Assembly: GCF_000315625.1 (NCBI RefSeq)
Contig: NW_005434669.1
Location: forward strand, 757,638-821,637
Reading direction: 5' to 3'
DNA: 64,000 nt
DNA from: Guillardia theta CCMP2712
Lineage: Eukaryota; Protista; Cryptophyta
Shown: positions 35,388-46,911 of the stretch, piece by piece
How positions within the stretch are numbered: the stretch's first letter is position 1
How the letters are laid out: every line of letters starts with the position of its first letter
Notes under the pieces: generated by a model
The model's database searches: none
What the model was told of the DNA's origin: nothing
What the model saw: the letters and a program-made list of their open reading frames with translations, nothing else
Program-made: the position numbers and the translations under genes

Positions 35388-36667
35388 ATGGGTGGGTCGC
35401 AGAGGAAGAGGGCAGTGCAGAAGACCAATTCATGCTTGCCATCGTGTCTCCAGAGCTGCCTGATGTTCTTATGCTGTTTTGTTTGCTACATTTGACCGTA
35501 CTGTACCCGATGTTTGTCGGATCCCTCGGCATCGAGGCATCTTGCACTGAGTCTTCTGCTCTTAGGCTCTAGACTTGAACAAAGACCGTGCAGTGTGCAG
35601 TGACCTTTGAGTGATTCAAGGTAACAGCATATCTCCTCTCACTCCTTGGATGTATCCTAAGTCGCGATAAGCAAACAAACTTGTGCAAAGATTCTCGATC
35701 CAAGCGGGGGAAATGCCTCTCAGAGCTAGGATGATCCTCTCAGAAATGCGAATGCCTAACAAATCAATCCTTTCATCTTGGATCAAAAGAGGAAACCCCC
35801 AGGTTGTTCAAGATAATGCTCTATGTCTGCTATTGTGGGTGCTGAAATATGTCGAAGGATCCAGAAGACCAAAAGCAAAGCATCCAGCTCGACCAGGTGA
35901 CCTCTTCCTCTAACGTCATGACCAGACCTGATGCCATCTCTTTTGTCTGCAGTCAGAAGCAAAATCAAAAGCTTTTGGAGGGCTTGCACCCACTACGATG
36001 GTGTGCAGATCCTTCGTGCAGCTCTGACCAGGTTTTGTGTTTGACGATTGGTGTGATTGACTTGTAGGTGCGTACTCGCCGAGCAGCCATGGAAGCGATG
36101 AGGAGAAGATCAGCAGAGAAGTACATCTCTCTCGGCAACTTCTAGTTTGACTGTGAAATTGGGAAGATCGTGGGAAGAAGCAGAAGAAAAAGTCAAGAGG
36201 CAGTTGCAAGTAGAAATGATTTGTTCAAGCAAAAACCTTTGAGAATCCATTTAGGCGATGGAAAGAGCAAGAGAACTTGAGTTCGAGAAGTTGAAGGAAA
36301 GGTTTGCACGTGCTTGATCCCCTCATGTCTTAACAATCGTCATGATTTCCCCCATGCTTTTAATGTAGGTTGCAAAAGGAAAAGCAAGGGGGAGATGATG
36401 GGGCCATCTCGGACGAACAAAAGTAACGCTTTCTTGATTTGTCATTCTCCTGTCTTTGATACTTGTGTGCATAACAGAAAGTCTGGAATCACTGAAGCGT
36501 ATGAAGCTGCGTCGGAGCACATTCGCGAGGAGAGTGCAAACGTGATTGCCAACGATGATTTGAACAGCTCTTTTCACACATTGAACAGGTCTCCAGGGAT
36601 AATTCGGCAATTCTATGGAGACATACAATCTCTGGCCGCCCAACGAACTTTGGAGGTGGTCTGTTGA
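35388..36667 (+). CDS. Hypothetical multi-exon coiled-coil protein (boundaries uncertain)
   Basis: Short exon-like segments between GT-AG introns (RAAMEAMRRRSAEK, EEAEEKVKRQLQ, AMERARELEFEKLKER). Confidence 0.35.
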
Positions 36668-36836
36668 ACTTGTGTATGCCCACTGTCACTCTGAAATTTT
36701 ATAGGCAATCATGAATCTTCGCTGAAAAGCATCCAAGATTCATCAGGAAAAGTATCGAATTGATTCAAATCTTTGATTTATTTACAAGAAAAAATAATAC
36801 TTCTTCGGTTCTGAAGAGATCAAATGCTTGGTTTGA

Positions 36837-37226
36837 TCATCCGCCGAACGATGGTGGATTGCTTTGATTCATCCATCTTTCAATCTTCATTTTGGTTTCT
36901 CTGTCACAAGTCTGCGTGTTCTTTCGTTCTATTGCGCCATGGAATGTGTCGTTCATGTACACTGTCTCCGTCTTGCGGCCTGGTTTCGAGTTGGCTGCCC
37001 TTGGCGTGTCAGCCCTTGTCTCGGCAAAAATCCCATTGAGAGGGGAGCTGACAGTCTCGACCAAGTTTTTTGCTGCATCCTCTACTTGAAACATCCAGTT
37101 CTGGAACGAGTGATTCACAACATACACCATCTGGTTCAAAGGATCATGTGCTGGTGGCGCAGGGGCTGTGCTATGATTCGCCCCCTTGCTTCGATTCGCG
37201 GACATGTTAGACGGCACCCGTGACAT
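36837..37226 (-). CDS. Hypothetical protein (129 aa)
   Basis: ATG ORF downstream of an oriented GGGT-rich upstream tract. No domain recognised. Confidence 0.45.
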   Translation of the reverse strand: MSRVPSNMSANRSKGANHSTAPAPPAHDPLNQMVYVVNHSFQNWMFQVEDAAKNLVETVSSPLNGIFAETRADTPRAANSKPGRKTETVYMNDTFHGAIERKNTQTCDRETKMKIERWMNQSNPPSFGG

Positions 37227-38970
37227 AGGAGAAAATCGTTTGAATGGTGTTGACGGGCGTAGAAAGGAAAATTCAGAAAGGCCCCTGCAGTACGAGAGAG
37301 GGCTGTATCAATATTATGATCACTGTTGCCTTCAGAACTATCTTGCAATCAACGATGAAAGCTGGCAATGCAGAAGAGCAATGCAGTACAGATAGGAGGA
37401 GAAGGGCAGGCAGGAGCAATGGATAGAGGAGTTGGTGAGTGGGAGTGGGAGCGAGGGAGGAACAGGTGGAGGTTGGATGAAGAGGTAGGAGGCAGTGTCG
37501 GTGTACAGGTGAAGGAGACCGACACCAGTAAAAGAGCACTTGTATCACAAGCCATCCCTAGGGGTAGGGGTATCTTTTTTGTGGGTGATCTACCCTAATT
37601 TTGATTGAGATTTGAGGGGGTACCTATCGTTATGGTGCATGGATTTAGTTCTCAAGGCAAGGTGGGGTATGCTTTACATGCTTTTTCTTTTTTCTGAAAA
37701 GGAAAAATCGATTAGTTGCAACACTACGGGGTAGGGTTATCAAGGGAGGGGTACAGCATATAATTTTGAGTTTTCCCTAATGCTCATATGCAGACTTGAC
37801 ACTATATATATGGTAGTAATATGAAAAGAGGTTAAAGTCTTGACCCCTATAACATTAATGACAAAGTTTTGACGGTATGGGGTAGGGTTCAAGAAAGAAA
37901 GGGGGTAGTCTGTCGTTGTCTTGTCACAGTGAAGAGTCAAAGATAATCCGGGAGGGGGGTGGGTGAATGTGACCCCTGGGGGGCCCTATGAACTTGAGTA
38001 CCCCTTTTTCCCCCAGACAATAGTAGGGTCCACAATGATTCTATTACTGCAAAGGTGACCCCCACCCCCTTCGGAGAACAAAATCTAATTTCGTACCGTA
38101 CAGGCTCGAGACCAGAGAGTACCCCATACTTCCCCTGTCCACTCCAATCATTCGCGACGGTAGGGTCCTTCTAGGCTTCACTTCCTGACTCTTTGCTTGT
38201 TTTTTCCCTTTTTTTCCTTTTGGTGATTTTTACATTTATTGTTCCGAACTTGAAGCCTGAGGCCGAACTTGCTGTCGGACTCTGTGAAGTCACGGGCCGG
38301 TCCGACCGGGCCGGCCCGGCGGACTCGGGCCGAGGCCGCCGGGAACTGACCGAGTCCGATCCCTCGGACCGTCCGGGGGAGTCCGACCGATAAGGTCAAG
38401 GCGCCGGATGCACTGAGACCGTGGCAGTGAGCCGGCGGCGGAGCGCCCGGCCCCTGCTCAGTCTCGAGGGCTGGTCACCGGGTCCGGCGCCGGGCGATCC
38501 GGGGGGCCGGCCGCAGGAGCCCCGGCGACCGAGTCGGACCGTACTCCGGCCCGGCCCGGAACGCGCCGCCGGCTCCCGGCACCCAGGCCGAATTTCACGT
38601 GCCAGCATGAGACAACAGAAGTCATGGCGGATAGACGGGAAGAAGAAACACGATAGGAATGAGGTCGAGAAGACGGGAGATTTCACTATATTTGTCATGC
38701 TAGAAGCCTTGAAAAGAGCTAGGCAAATGCATGGACGTAGAAGGAGAGGAGGGTTGAAAAGTAGATGTTGAAAAGTAGATGTTGAAATCGAAGATAGGAA
38801 TATACGACAGGATAACTCTTACGATTGTCGAGCTCAGTTGTTGGCTGCTATTGGGCGATCATGAATAATTTTGATGCATATCATTTATCTTGACCTGCTT
38901 TGAATCGCTTGACAGGCTTTTGCCATATTCTGGGAATATCAAAGTTGAGTTGAGCGAAACTGTCTTGGAA

Positions 38971-40191
38971 ATGGGGAAGGATTCAGAAAAATCGTCGAAA
39001 AAGCGAAAGAGATCGGCCGAAGATGATTCCGCTGTGAAAGATAGTGAAGGTCTAACATGAATTGCTTATTTTGGATCATGAATGACATGGTTGCTCTGTA
39101 GAATGTAAGACACTGAATGACAGTCGTCCTGAAACCAAGAAGATAACCAAGGCAATGAAAAAGATAGGAGAGTCCGTTGGATTGACGTTCAGCGGACAAG
39201 ACAAGCTTGAAGTTGAATTTGAATCTCTCTGGGAAAATTTTCCAAAGCCAAAACGAATAAAGAAACTCCCCGACGCGCAGAAAGAAAAAGCTGTATGTGA
39301 CAGCGATTTCATTTATGATTTTGCTGACTTTGGTGTAACGCAGATGTCAAGGATATTCTCTATTTGCACCAGATCGTCAGAATTATCGTCGAAGCTCCTT
39401 CACAGGTATGCTTTGAAATATGCCGGTATGAGTCTGAACAGACGCACAAGGTTCGGGGACAAACATTGTGTTGGCGGAGTGGCAGGATTGGGTATAGACA
39501 TGCCCGACGAGCTTGTTGTCAGGGTAGAGAAGAAGGCGGACAGAATTCTTGACAACGAGGAACTGTGAGTTTTTTGTGTACGACATCATGGATACGAGCT
39601 CCATACTGACACTCCTGATTGTCAGGTGGAAACGAACTTTAGGTGCAAGCCGTCGCTGTGTGCATGCATCTCTCAAACACTTGAGCGATGCATTGCGTGA
39701 GGAAGATCAGTCAGACACCGCAGATGCTGATGCTGCATGGACCGAGGCATCTCAGGCAGATGTTGAGGCAAACGAGGAGGACAAGACAGAAGACGAAAGA
39801 GACGAGAATGCTGCTTTGAGAGCAGAGCGGGGAGGCAAAGCAGAATCTAGCACGAGCGGCTTCATGGAGTGGTACATGTCAAAGTTTACAGACTCGTTTG
39901 CAGAGGAGTTAGATTCCATTCGTTCGAAGGTGAAGGACGAAGTTGCAAGGTGCTGTGCTGGAATTGACCGATAAGCTCAGGAGGAGCTCGACGCAAACGG
40001 TGTCAGCCTGCTGGTGGATGCGATCAAGTCAGGAGTTGATGTCATTCCCAAGGTTGAGAGGTGATGGTCGGTGTTGGCGTCCGACCAGCGCTCACTGATG
40101 TCTATGAAGGTACCTTTGCATGCCAAGTGATAGGGCAAAACAAGACTCCTCCTCCTCCAAGTCGACGAAGAAGATCAAGAAATCCAAGTGA
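38971..40191 (+). CDS. Nucleolar-type protein with a C-terminal Rsa3 (ribosome assembly protein 3)-like domain, multi-exon
   Basis: N-terminal KKRKR NLS and an acidic tract. Spliced FMEWYMSKFTDSFAEELDSIRSKEELDANGVSLLVDAIKSGVDVI resembles the Rsa3 domain. Lys-rich tail. Confidence 0.6.
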
Positions 40192-40299
40192 GATGAATTT
40201 TGCGATGGCAATGCCAATAAAGAGATAGCCATGCCCCGCGATTATGACAGGATTCATGTCATGAGAATATGATTTCTTCCTTCACGCAATTCTCCGTAT

Positions 40300-41619
40300 T
40301 CTCTATTTCTTCTCTTTTTTTCTCGTCTTCAAGTGTGTAAAACCGCAATGCAAAGTCTTTGTGGCCCCTCAACTGTTTCAGCAAGAGATCTCACATTGTT
40401 GTTATACCATATCACTGCACCTTAGCTCGTCTTGTGTAATGTGCGTTTGCCATCAGAAGTTCCACCTGCACAAAAAGGAGAGCAGTGAGAAATGTTTTGA
40501 AGAAGATAGTCACTACCAATTCGGTCTGATTGTTCTGTTTCGCCATCTTGATCGCGTCGCTTCCATCCTCGTTGACTACCTCATACGAAGATCCGTACTC
40601 AAGGAGTTTCTTCACCACCTGTGTCTTGTTGTGACCCCTTCAGCATCAGGAGGATCAGCAAACTTGCCCTCCCCTGTCCTCGAGAGGTTGCCAGGAGGAG
40701 AGCAGAATTGCCATCCTTGTCTCGAATAGTATCATTCGCTCCATTCTCTAACAGCACGTCGACCTGCCAGGCACGATGAGGGTCGCTCCTGCTGACGTGG
40801 TCGATCTACCGAGCACTCCCTTCCCAACATAGCAGCATGATGGAGAGGGGTCTTCCCATGCGCATCCTGACTGTCAATGTCGGCGTCGTTCAGGATCAGA
40901 TGTTCCACCATGCTGTATCTGTCTCAGCATTCAGCTCGAGCCTTCGGTGGCACAGGACACAGAGACTCGTCTTTGATGGCTGCGAGATGCAGAGCCGTCC
41001 GATTTCGCACATCCCTCTGATCTACATCAACCTGCTTGCATTACAGCAGCGTCATATTGTAACTGGATCCTTACCCCGTACTGCAGGAGCAGATCGACGA
41101 TTGTTGCCTGCCCGGAAAGAGCGGCATGATGGAGCGGGATTCCTGAAGCGATCGAGATGAGAAGAGTCTCTGACTAGACAGAGAGATGAAAATGTTCCAC
41201 CCGAGCTGATAGAACCCTCGGCCTGTCCTCACCGTCAGTCCACGGTGATCAGGTGCAAGAGTCAACCAGTCCGCACGGATCGTACGCACTCTCGAGAAGG
41301 AAGGTAATGTCGTGTAGGTGCCCCTTGGAACAGGCCTGAGAGTCTTGTCAGACAATGTTTGCTTCCTTCCTCCTGCTTTTCCTCGCTCACATACCTTACA
41401 TAGCCTCCTGATCGCTTCTTCGTCCTCAGTGAGCGGTAGACCCCCCCACTCCTCCCGATCTGCCCCCGTGCTGTCCTCCCCAGACACAGCGCCTCTGCTC
41501 TTGGTGAGCATGTCCAGATCTTCGACCCGGGTCTCCTCCTCCAGCCCCCCTCGCAGCTTCATCGTCCTCCCCTTCTCCCCTTCAACCCACATCGCAATCG
41601 CCAGGATCGCTACCAGCAT
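40300..41619 (-). CDS. Ankyrin-repeat protein with a signal peptide (multi-exon; 3' end approximate)
   Basis: DVRNRTALHLAA, QDAHGKTPLHHAAMLG, VLLENGA...DKDGNSALLLA, KLLEYGS...NEDGSDA. N-terminal MLVAILAIAMWVEG followed by KLRGG. Confidence 0.8.
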
Positions 41620-41733
41620 AGTTGAGCCGGGGCTCAACTAAAATGTAACGGACACAATAACGGAAGATACCCTCCTCCCCGCACTGAGCCCAGAATAGCG
41701 ATCAATGCAGAACTTCACGTGCGGTAGATGAGA

Positions 41734-44700
41734 ATGGGGAAGCGGAAGGCTGGGGGGGGAGGAGCAGGAGAAGATGAAGCGGGAGGAGGAGCGGGAGCGA
41801 GAGCAGGAGCAGAACTCGCTGCCATAAGTGCGAGCCCGGGAACGAAGGAGAGCACTCCCAAGTCAAAACCGTCTTCGAGCTCGCTGTCGTCAAAGAGAAG
41901 GCGCAAGAGTGGAGGACAAACAGCGAATGTAAGCGGCATGATGCGATTCTTGTTGCGACGAAGTTCTTGTCATGACTTCTCTCTCCCAACCTGCATGCTG
42001 TATCTCAGTACCGATCTGATCTTCACTTGTTGACAGGAGGGGTCGGAAAAGAAAATCAAGCTGAGAGCAGTTGTCCCCAAAGTCGTTCCATGGATCGACT
42101 GGGACGAATGGTTGAATGTAGCAGAGAATGTCTTCTCAGACGACAAGGAACGTGCTCGAGTTGCGGTTGAGAGGATACGGACATGGCAGAGCAGGGGAAA
42201 GGTGGGAGGGGGAGCCGCAGAGATGCAGAGGGAGCGATGATGAGATGATGCAGGTCCCACACTCAGCTGAGGCTACAGCAGCTCTGGTGGAGATCAACTG
42301 CAGCAGCGACCAACACAGTGTCTACGAACTTCGTCTGATGTGAGGGGAGGGGTGGGGGGGATGAAGGGGTGGGGGATGATTCAGGATGGACCAGGTACTC
42401 GATGAGTATCATACGGTTCGTCAACGGTATCGTCGACTCTGTTCAGCAAAGGAAGTTTGCTTCTCCCATCTCCGACCTTGCTGAACATGCGGCCGTACCG
42501 CGAATCCTTGTGGATGTGAGAAGCTTGTTCCCTGCTCCTCTTCGGACTCACCTGGCCTCAGATTCGACATGCTGCCTCGCATAACAACCTTCCCACGCTT
42601 CCAGTTCTCCGCGTCGCGACTGAGAGTGCTCTGGTATGCGACCTGATCTGTTGGGGTGATTGAAGTGACCTGATGCAACGCCAGGCTTGGCTCAGGCATC
42701 ACTACTGGGACCCACAGGCTGCGGTGCTTTCGCGGCTTGAGTTGTTGTGGCGAGATGGTGACGTTGGTGCTGTCAGACATTGAAGAACGCGAAAGACTTC
42801 CTTGAGCCGTGCATCAGGTTGATTCTGTTGCAGCTGTTGTCTGCATGGACTTGGGTGACCCGTTTGCTGTCGTTACCAACAGAGACTATGTTGGGGTCAG
42901 AAGTCGACTCATTGCGGTAGCGAGCAAGAAGGTTACAGACAAGACAGACAAGACAAAGCTTGAAACCAAGAAGCGAGAGTTAGAGGTGAAGGACAAGGTT
43001 AAATGCGAGAGAGTGGACGGTCACACGTTGCTGCAGGAGAAGTCACTCGAGCTGCTCCGTCTCATCTTGCAGTCTACTCCCATCACCGACATTCACAACT
43101 CCTTGATCCTGCATGTGGGGTTCGTACTTCCCTCTCCCTTCCTCTGACCCTCAGCAGATTTTCAAGACCTCCATCCTCATTCTGCAGGAGACTCTTGCTG
43201 ACGTCATCGACGCAAAGAGAACTCCGACGAAGAAGGTGCAAGGAATCGCCCCGCTCCCCGCACGCATCGTTTTCTTCGTATCAAAGACATCATCGTAGAA
43301 ATTACGCATGGAGGGTGGTTAGAAGATAGATCAGAATGATGTTGAAACTAAGAAGAAGATAGATCAGAATGATGTTGAAACTAAGAAGAAGGTAGAGAAA
43401 CACGAGGAGGAGCAAGAGGAGGAGCAAGGGGAGGAGCAGGCGTGAAGGGAGGAGGAGCATGGGGAGGAGGAGGAGGAGGAGGATGTAAAATGTTAAAGGG
43501 GGCAGTGAAACGAATGGCAGAATGAGTGAATAACTCCGTAGAAACAGGTTTAACAGTATATTGACATGACGAGATGGCAACGTTACTCCTCCTAGATATG
43601 GATGGTTGTTCTCACTACTAAACATGTTAGCAGGACTTTGACCGCATCACTCATTATGTTTTCGATATCTGGAAAGTTGCACTACAGGAATTCACAGGTC
43701 CCATCCTCTTTCTTCCCTTTCCCCACCTTCCCGTCCTCCTCCTGCGCATTCCTGCATTCACTGCTCACAATCTTGAAACGTTGGTATCAGATCAGTACCC
43801 TCAATTTCGGGGAATGTTCAACAGCGCCTTGCTGGACGCCCTTTCTTTGCTCTCCATCTTTGAGAAAGGTACGAGCAAGACATGGTTAGAGATGGTGATG
43901 AAGGGATGCACATAGACAAGAATGAGAGAAGGGCTGGGAGCAGACAGGGAAGAAGACGAGGAGAACGGGAAGGAGTAGCAGGAGGACGACGAGGTGGTGG
44001 TAGTGATGGTGCAGGAAGCGGAGGAAGAGGAGCAAGAGGAGAAAGAGAAGAAAGAAGGAGACACTTTATGGGCTGACGGAGAGTTTGCAGCAGAGGCAGG
44101 AGGCTCCCCCATGAAGGATCTGCTACCGCTCAAGACGGCGGAGGAAACCAGCACCTTCGGGCTTATCTTGGTCGAATGGATCTCGTCGGTCAACACGGAT
44201 GACAAGGGCAGCAACTGGAAGGACGATGATGAGGTCAAGAGGATTGTTCGATGCTGCGTTGATTCTCCTAGCGCCTGGTCGTTGAGCATGTAAGACCCTC
44301 CATGTTGTCCCTCTCTTCTTCTTCCTGGTGGTTTTTTCTCCCTCCGCTCCCATGTATCAGCTTGGAGGGGTTGACTCCTTCTCTTCTCCTGCTGGTCAGT
44401 CTGGAGAAGATTTCTGCAAGCTCAAAGGGGAGGGAAGTCGCAAGAGCTCTCGGTGAGCTGCGCCCCGGCCCATTGCGCACTCGCTGACCTCCCGCCCCTC
44501 CTGTCAGAATACCTGCGCGGGTTTCAGAGCTTCTTTGACGAGAAACCGTCAATATCGTCTGCAACTTCGGAGCTCGGGATGGAGGAAGTTTGCAAGGATC
44601 TCTCTATGTGGGAGGAGAGATCGCAGCGAAGGCATGCCCCGTCCATGAGAGGTTGGAGCGTCGTTGAAGATTGGCTGCCATGCCCTATCGGGACGGTACT

Positions 44701-45045
44701 TCCTCTTCCTCCCCTTCGCTCAGATTGCTCCTTCTTTCCAGGCCTTTCCGTTTCTCCTCTCTCTCACCTCCTCGTTTTCCTCCTCTAATCCTGGACACAT
44801 TTGTGAAGGTGTTCGGCAAGCAAGTCTCGTTGAGGCTTGGGGAGGAGGATTGCAAGGAGGAGCAGACTGAAACTGTTCTTGATACTGCGCTACCTCCGTT
44901 CCCTCGAGCTCATGAGCAGGCGATCACGTCACCAAGGGAAGAAGCGGAGGGAGGGAGGACAGAGCGTGCGTGCTCCCCTGTGGACAAGGGAGCTTGTGCT
45001 GTGTCAGACCTGATAGGTGAAGTTGGAGATGAGGAAGGGAAGTGA
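41734..45045 (+). CDS. LAS1: Las1-like HEPN endoribonuclease (pre-rRNA ITS2 processing), multi-exon
   Basis: VVPWIDWDEW, TWQSRGKVPHSAEATA, YSMSIIRFVNGIVD, HEPN motif IRHAASHNNLP, WLRHHYW, C-terminal WLPCPIG. Confidence 0.88.
43321..43389 (+). repeat. 33-bp tandem duplication in a LAS1 intron
   Basis: AGAAGATAGATCAGAATGATGTTGAAACTAAGA twice. Confidence 0.85.
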
Positions 45046-45341
45046 CTGATGAGTCTGACATGGCAGATGAAACCTGGATCCACAAGACGTCCTCGATGAT
45101 CAAACTCCTCGTGTGAGGGCAGGAGATGCTTTCGACCACGTGATGGTGATGGCCATGATGAAGACGATGATGACGACGACTTCTAAGACAATGCCAATGA
45201 TGCCAATGATGCCGATGCCGATGATGAAATGATGATGATGATGATGATGATGGAGCAGCTAGCACAGCATCATCAAAGTCAAGTATAGGGGCCCAGAGGC
45301 ATGAATCAATCTTTCAGTTGTCAGCCTTGTTTTCCTACCCT

Positions 45342-46358
45342 CTAGTTCTGCAGCAGGAGCGAGGTCACCTCCGTCACGTCCTCTGTCTTCTCCCACAGCT
45401 TCTTCGCATCCTCCTCACTGTAGAATTTGAGCGAAGAGTAGTCCTCTAGCGTGTTGCCAATCACTACCGGCGGCCCCGCTATCATGAAAGCTGGGCCGAT
45501 GTACTTGTCGCCAGGGGCATCGAAGGCCGCACGAAGGAGGGATAGGACGCCCCTCCTCGGAGTCATTCCCAGACCAAGTCTGTTTCCTCTTACCACCATG
45601 CTCCTGAACAGATCGTCGCCGGTCGCGCGCTCCTGCAGCTCAGTCACTGTCCATCCGGGGTGGGCGGCAGTGGCTGTGACTCCGATCCTCCTGGCCTTGC
45701 GGTTCAGCTCATGCGCGAAGAGCAAGTTCGCCCTCTTGGAGGATGCGTACGCTCTGAACGCATCGTACGGTCGCTTCTCATAGTTGAGATCGTCGATGTC
45801 CAGCCCGGGGAACGAATGCACACTGCTACTGTGCATTACGACCCGCCCGACTCCTTTAGCCAGTAGCGGAAGAAGCTGGAGGGTGAGGATGAAGTGTCCG
45901 AAATGGTTGACAGCAATCTGCCCCTCCCATCCTTTGGAGTTTCGAGTCTCCACAATGGCCATAACCCCAGCATTGTTCAGGAGGTAGTCGATCCTGTTGT
46001 ACTTCTCGCTCACCCGCTTCACAAATGCATCGATGCTGTCAGGCTCCATCAGATCGAGGATCTCCACCACCACCTTTCCCTTCACACGACCAGAGGCTTT
46101 CATCTCTTTCAGCGCCTGCTCTCCCTTCTGCTTGGATCGGCAGCCCATGATCACATTGTACCCCTTCTCTCCCAGGATTGTAGCTGCTGCCAGACCCAGT
46201 CCCGCGCTGGCTCCAGTGATGACGACAACCTTGTCCTTGCCATCTCCAATCTTGTCTTCGTTCCAGGACAGGGGACCGTCTCCTCCTTCTGCCCATATAA
46301 TCCACAACCTCACAGCCACTGCCACTAGCGCTCCACCGATCACCAGCCCCCACCGCAT
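45342..46358 (-). CDS. Short-chain dehydrogenase/reductase (retinol dehydrogenase/Tic32-like) with an N-terminal TM anchor
   Basis: TGASAGLG, NNAGVM, NHFGHF, YASSK, HPGWTVT motifs; intronless. Confidence 0.93.
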   Translation of the reverse strand: MRWGLVIGGALVAVAVRLWIIWAEGGDGPLSWNEDKIGDGKDKVVVITGASAGLGLAAATILGEKGYNVIMGCRSKQKGEQALKEMKASGRVKGKVVVEILDLMEPDSIDAFVKRVSEKYNRIDYLLNNAGVMAIVETRNSKGWEGQIAVNHFGHFILTLQLLPLLAKGVGRVVMHSSSVHSFPGLDIDDLNYEKRPYDAFRAYASSKRANLLFAHELNRKARRIGVTATAAHPGWTVTELQERATGDDLFRSMVVRGNRLGLGMTPRRGVLSLLRAAFDAPGDKYIGPAFMIAGPPVVIGNTLEDYSSLKFYSEEDAKKLWEKTEDVTEVTSLLLQN

Positions 46359-46911
46359 TGTTCCGCGCGGTAGGACGATGAGGAATGAGGGGTGGTGAAC
46401 CCCCACGGAGAAAGGAAAGCAAAGGGGTGGTGGTGGTTGGTCCAGGAGCCGGGGAGTCTGGTAGTTACAATTCCGTTACAATCCTAATTTCACTCAGTTC
46501 TGAAGTAGATAATTTGAAGTGCTGTCCTCACAAAAGACTCTTCTAGAAACGTGAGGCGAACTTGTATTTATAATGTATTTCACATCCAATTATCGTGGGG
46601 GTGCCAACATTGTCACAGGAGACACATTTTCTTCAAATTCATTGTCTAAGTTTGAAATTATATGATGTAAATATCAAATTTCGACCACACCAGCTGCACT
46701 CATGAAACAAATCTTGGGTGCTGATTTTGCCGGCTAAATGAATCGACGATGGAACATGGACTGGAGCGCCGTGGAACAGCATGGAAGGGAAGGGAAAGGA
46801 ACGAGAGGGGATACACAGAACATCGCTGAAACAATGATGAGCATCAGTAAGGAAGATCTGAACCCCGCCGCTCTCTGCTGAGACAGTATCCTCTAAAGTC
46901 TCTTGGTCCAC

